NCBI GenBank assembly: GCA_045807245.1
Contig: JBJMHS010000040.1
Location: forward strand, 1-59,402
DNA length: 59,402 nt
Source of the DNA: Actinomycetales bacterium
GTDB lineage: Bacteria; Actinomycetota; Actinomycetes; Actinomycetales; CAVURS01
Direction: 5' to 3'
The translations under genes were made by a program, and so were the position numbers. The notes beneath the pieces were generated by a model, which saw only the letters and a list, made by a program, of their open reading frames with translations, made no database searches and had not been told where the DNA came from. Of the stretch, positions 55,920 to 59,402 are shown piece after piece. Within the stretch, counting starts at the first letter, position 1; each line of letters starts with the position of its first letter.

Positions 55920-58412
55920 CTACTCGCGGACGAGCAACGCCACCGGCAGGTCAACGAGCAGCTCGGCCAGGGCCACGGTGCCTCCGGCGACCGAGCGGCC
56001 GGTGAGCACGTCAAGCCAGTCGGACTGCGCGTCGGGCAGGGAGACCGTGTGCTCGCCCCAGCCCCCGAAGCGTTCGAGCGACACCGACAGCCGCGTCGTC
56101 ACGGCCACGACGCCCACACCGGACGCATCCCCACGAGCGATCCCCAGCGCGGAGCCGCTGGTCGTCGAGACCGGTCCGTACGTGGCCGCATCACCGAGGA
56201 ACCACTCGGGGTGCTCGCGGCGGAGCCGCAGCGCACGAGAGGTGACCAGCAGCTTGGCCTCCGCCAGGCTCAGTCCCGCGACCGGACCGGCATTGGCGTC
56301 GAGCCGGCTCAGCGAGGCGGCGAGCGCCGTGTGGTCGACCGGCTGTCGGTTGTCCGGGTCCACGAGGGTCAGGGCGATGGCCTCACAGCCCTGGAAGACG
56401 TCCGGCACACCGGGCAAGACCAGCTGCAGGAGCTTCTGGCCCAACGTCGTCGCCCGCACCGCGGACGCGGTCCGGTCGGTCCAGCCGTCCAGTACGCCCC
56501 GCACCTCGGGGTCGGCGACCAGGCCGGTCACGAAGTCCCGGAGGGCCAGCTCGTACATCAGGTCCGGTGAGGTCCATGACGTGTACAGCTTGGCCTCGCG
56601 CGCGACCTTCTCGGCGTACGCCGCCAACCGCTCCGCGCTGATCGGCCACGTCCCCGCGGCGGTCTGCCAGACGAGCAGCTCCAGCCGGCCGTCGACGCCA
56701 GAGCTGCGGTACGGCGCGCTGACCTCGTGCAGGGCGCGCACCACGTCGGCCCACTCGTCGGGCAGCTCCGAGATGACGGCGATCCGGGCCCGGACGTCCT
56801 CGGAGCGTTTGGTGTCGTGGGTCGACAGGGTCGTCATCGCCGCCGGATGCCGCTGCAGCGACTCCGCGGCGAAGGCGTGCAGCTCCTCCGGTGGCAGGCC
56901 GATCCGGCTCGGGTCGCCACCGACCTCGTTCAGGGAGACCAGACGGACCCATCGGTACGACGCGGTGTCCTCCACGCCTTTGGCCATCACCGGACCACAG
57001 GTCTGCTGGAACCGCGTGACCAGCTCGGCCCGACGCCGTACCGCGTCGTCGTCCAGGAGTGCGGGGTCCCCGATGGGACGGCCCAGCAGCAGGTCGTGCA
57101 CGACCGCCAGCGCGTCCACCTGGTCCTCGGGCAGGGCGGCCCGGGCCTGGTCGGTCGCCGCGTCGACGGCGTCCGTCGCCACGTCGTCGGCCGGCTCGCC
57201 GGGCACCACGTAGGCGCGGTAGCGGTCGAAGGCCACGAGGATCTCGACCAGGCAGTCGTGCAGGTCCCGCCTCGTGTGGTCGCGCAGCCGGGGGTCGCGA
57301 CCGCAGATGTCGACCAGGAGGTCGACCAGGCGGTGTACCTCGGCGTACTGGCCGCCCTCGATGACCTCGCGCTTCGCCTGCCGGGCACACGTCGTCCAGT
57401 CCTCGCGCTCGCCGGCCAGCTCCTCGGCGAGCGCCGTGAGAGCCTGTGTCCCTGCGCCGTCGTGGAAGACGCCGTTGACCAGCCGCAGACTGTCGTAACC
57501 CGTTGTCCCAGAACACATCCAGTCATCAGGCAGCTGCTCGCCAGCTTCCAGGATCTTCTCCACCACGACCCAGGCGCCGCCGGTCCGGTCGGAGAGCCGC
57601 CGCAGGTACTCGCGCGGGTCAGCCAGCCCGTCCGGATGGTCGATGCGCAGCCCGTCGACGTCACCGGAGCGGACCAGGTTGATCACCAGCCGGTGGCTGG
57701 CCTCGAACACGTCGGCGTCCTCCTGGCGGAGGGCGGCGAGCGTGTCGATGTCGAAGAAGCGGCGGTAGTTGACCTCCTGGTCGCCCACCCGCCAGTGAGC
57801 CAGCCGGTACCACTGACGGTCGACCAGCTGGGTCATCGGCAGCCGCTCCGTCTCGGGCCGCAGCGGGAACTCGTGGTCGAAGTAGCGCAACACGGTCTCG
57901 TCGCCGTTCCGGCCGCCCGACGGGTCGACACTGAGCTCGCCCGCCTCCAGCACCTGTCCGATGCGCCGCCCGAGGACGGGCATCAGCAGGGCGGCCTGCT
58001 CGACCGACCAGTCGACGTCGAACCAGGGGGCGCACGGCGAGAGCGGTCCGTCCCGCAGGACCGACCAGAGCGCGGCGTTGCGCCACTCCGGCGTCGGCAC
58101 CGCCATGTGGTTCGGTACGACGTCCACGACGGCGCCGAGGCCGTGCGCCCGCAAGGCGGACACCATCCGCGCGAGGGCGTCCGGACCGCCGAGGTCGTCG
58201 GAGATCCGCGCGTGGTCCACCACGTCGTACCCGTGGGTCGATCCCGGGTTGGCGGCCAGGATCGGCGAGAGATACGCGTGCGTGATCCCGAGCGAGGCCA
58301 GGTACGGCGCCAAGGCGGCCACGGCGTCGAAGCCGAAGCCGCTGTGCAGCTGGAGCCGGTAGGTCGAGGCCGGCACGGGCCGCCCAGCGGCCGGCCGGTG
58401 CCCATCGGTCAT
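55920..58412 (-). CDS. treY: Malto-oligosyltrehalose synthase
   Basis: STYRLQ, GSTHGYDV, NYRRFFD, GLRIDHPDGL, VEKIL and STHDTKRSEDVR. Confidence 0.96.
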   Translation of the reverse strand: MTDGHRPAAGRPVPASTYRLQLHSGFGFDAVAALAPYLASLGITHAYLSPILAANPGSTHGYDVVDHARISDDLGGPDALARMVSALRAHGLGAVVDVVPNHMAVPTPEWRNAALWSVLRDGPLSPCAPWFDVDWSVEQAALLMPVLGRRIGQVLEAGELSVDPSGGRNGDETVLRYFDHEFPLRPETERLPMTQLVDRQWYRLAHWRVGDQEVNYRRFFDIDTLAALRQEDADVFEASHRLVINLVRSGDVDGLRIDHPDGLADPREYLRRLSDRTGGAWVVVEKILEAGEQLPDDWMCSGTTGYDSLRLVNGVFHDGAGTQALTALAEELAGEREDWTTCARQAKREVIEGGQYAEVHRLVDLLVDICGRDPRLRDHTRRDLHDCLVEILVAFDRYRAYVVPGEPADDVATDAVDAATDQARAALPEDQVDALAVVHDLLLGRPIGDPALLDDDAVRRRAELVTRFQQTCGPVMAKGVEDTASYRWVRLVSLNEVGGDPSRIGLPPEELHAFAAESLQRHPAAMTTLSTHDTKRSEDVRARIAVISELPDEWADVVRALHEVSAPYRSSGVDGRLELLVWQTAAGTWPISAERLAAYAEKVAREAKLYTSWTSPDLMYELALRDFVTGLVADPEVRGVLDGWTDRTASAVRATTLGQKLLQLVLPGVPDVFQGCEAIALTLVDPDNRQPVDHTALAASLSRLDANAGPVAGLSLAEAKLLVTSRALRLRREHPEWFLGDAATYGPVSTTSGSALGIARGDASGVGVVAVTTRLSVSLERFGGWGEHTVSLPDAQSDWLDVLTGRSVAGGTVALAELLVDLPVALLVRE

Positions 58413-58423
58413 CCCGTCAACCT

Positions 58424-59402
58424 CTATCCAGCGCGCGGGGCGCGCAACACCAGGACGGCGCGGGAGGCCACCTCGACGGTGATCCCGGACGCGAGCTGAG
58501 GGGAGTCGTCGTCCGCGGTGGGGTCGTTGGAGTCGACCGCGATCAGCCAGTGCTCGCCGTACTCGGCTCCGGGCAGACGGAACTCGCAGCCTTCGTCGCT
58601 CGCGTTCAGCAGCAACAGGAACGAGTCGTCGACGAGGCTCTCACCGCGGGGGTCGGGCTCGGGGATGGCGCCGCCGTTGAGGAAGACCATGAGCTGTTGG
58701 GTCGCGCCGTCGCGCCAGGTCGCCTCGTCCATGTGCGAGCCGTCCGGCTGGAACCACGCGATGTCGCCGAGCTCGCTCTCGCCGCCGTGGCTCGCGTCGC
58801 CGGCGAAGAAGCGCCGCCGGCGGAACACCGGGTGGCCGGCGCGCAGCTGCATGAGCCGCCGGGTGAACTCGAGCAGCATGCGCTTCTCGTCGGTGAGGTC
58901 CCAGTCGACCCACGAGATCTCGTTGTCCTGGCAGTAGACGTTGTTGTTGCCCTTCTGGGTGCGGGCCAGCTCGTCGCCGTGCGCGATCATCGGCACGCCC
59001 TGCGACAGGAGCAGTGTGGTGAGGAAGTTGCGGTGCTGCCGCTCCCTCAGCGTCAGGACCGCCTCGTCGGTCGTGTCGCCCTCGACGCCGCAGTTCCAGG
59101 ACCGGTTGAAGCTCTCGCCGTCGTTGTTGCCCTCGCCGTTCGCCTCGTTGTGCTTCTCGTTGTAGGACACCAGGTCCCGCATCGTGAAGCCGTCGTGGGC
59201 GGTGACGAAGTTGATGCTCGCGAACGGACGTCGCCCGGAGTTCTCGTACAGGTCGGACGAGCCAGTGATCCGGGACGCGAACTCGCCGAGGGTCGAGGGC
59301 TCTCCGCGCCAGAAGTCCCGTACGGCGTCCCGGTACTTTCCGTTCCACTCGGTCCACAACGGGGGGAAGTTGCCGACCTGGTAGCCGCCGTCGCCGACGT
59401 CC
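58424..59402 (-). CDS. glgX: Glycogen debranching enzyme, 3' part (continues beyond the window)
   Basis: YQVGNFP, WTEWNGKYRD, NFVTAHDGFT, SQGVPM and QKGNNNVYCQDN. Confidence 0.95.
   Translation of the reverse strand, partial: DVGDGGYQVGNFPPLWTEWNGKYRDAVRDFWRGEPSTLGEFASRITGSSDLYENSGRRPFASINFVTAHDGFTMRDLVSYNEKHNEANGEGNNDGESFNRSWNCGVEGDTTDEAVLTLRERQHRNFLTTLLLSQGVPMIAHGDELARTQKGNNNVYCQDNEISWVDWDLTDEKRMLLEFTRRLMQLRAGHPVFRRRRFFAGDASHGGESELGDIAWFQPDGSHMDEATWRDGATQQLMVFLNGGAIPEPDPRGESLVDDSFLLLLNASDEGCEFRLPGAEYGEHWLIAVDSNDPTADDDSPQLASGITVEVASRAVLVLRAPRAG

Noticed and set aside
1..59402. Many long overlapping or antisense ORFs (for example 22045-23913, 25100-27667, 34601-36463, 37624-39456, 56727-58499)
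   Set aside because: Shadow frames expected in high-GC DNA. They are Arg/Gly/Pro-rich or mirror translations with no family motifs, and they overlap well-supported genes.
1..59402. CRISPR array, tRNA, rRNA, integrase, IS transposase, reverse transcriptase or defence genes
   Set aside because: No repeat-spacer pattern or recognisable motifs seen; intergenic gaps are all under about 200 bp. A covariance-model scan would be needed to exclude small RNAs.

Overview
A very GC-rich window from an actinomycete chromosome, mostly core genome. Gene order resembles, from memory, the Streptomyces/Kineosporiales block running from topoisomerase IV subunit A through sepH, dut, acnA, dxs, fadAB, rnd, whiI, hemE, hemY, hemQ, msrB and ligC to treZ/treY/treX. 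About 57 CDS can be supported. Accessory-looking inserts: an srsABC-like type III PKS phenolic-lipid cluster followed by an acyl-CoA synthetase, a pseudouridine salvage pair, a GNAT/unknown/gluzincin trio, a secreted S53 peptidase, a DUF222-HNH (REP13E12-like) gene, and a PPK2 gene splitting treY from treZ. The most informative signals are non-coding: a sigma28/WhiG-type promoter before a WhiI orthologue, a PafBC (RecA-NDp) promoter on the HNH gene, four CAA repeats at an exact 11-bp period between the S53 peptidase and ligC, a TamR/PecS-type palindrome before aconitase, a palindromic operator inside the last codons of rnd before fadAB, a SigR/SigH promoter at msrB, and widespread leaderless promoters. 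One gene (DUF1905) is frameshifted. I saw no rRNA, tRNA, CRISPR array, integrase or IS transposase, and I cannot support a clearly novel multi-gene system. All family assignments come from motif recognition by eye, not database searches.
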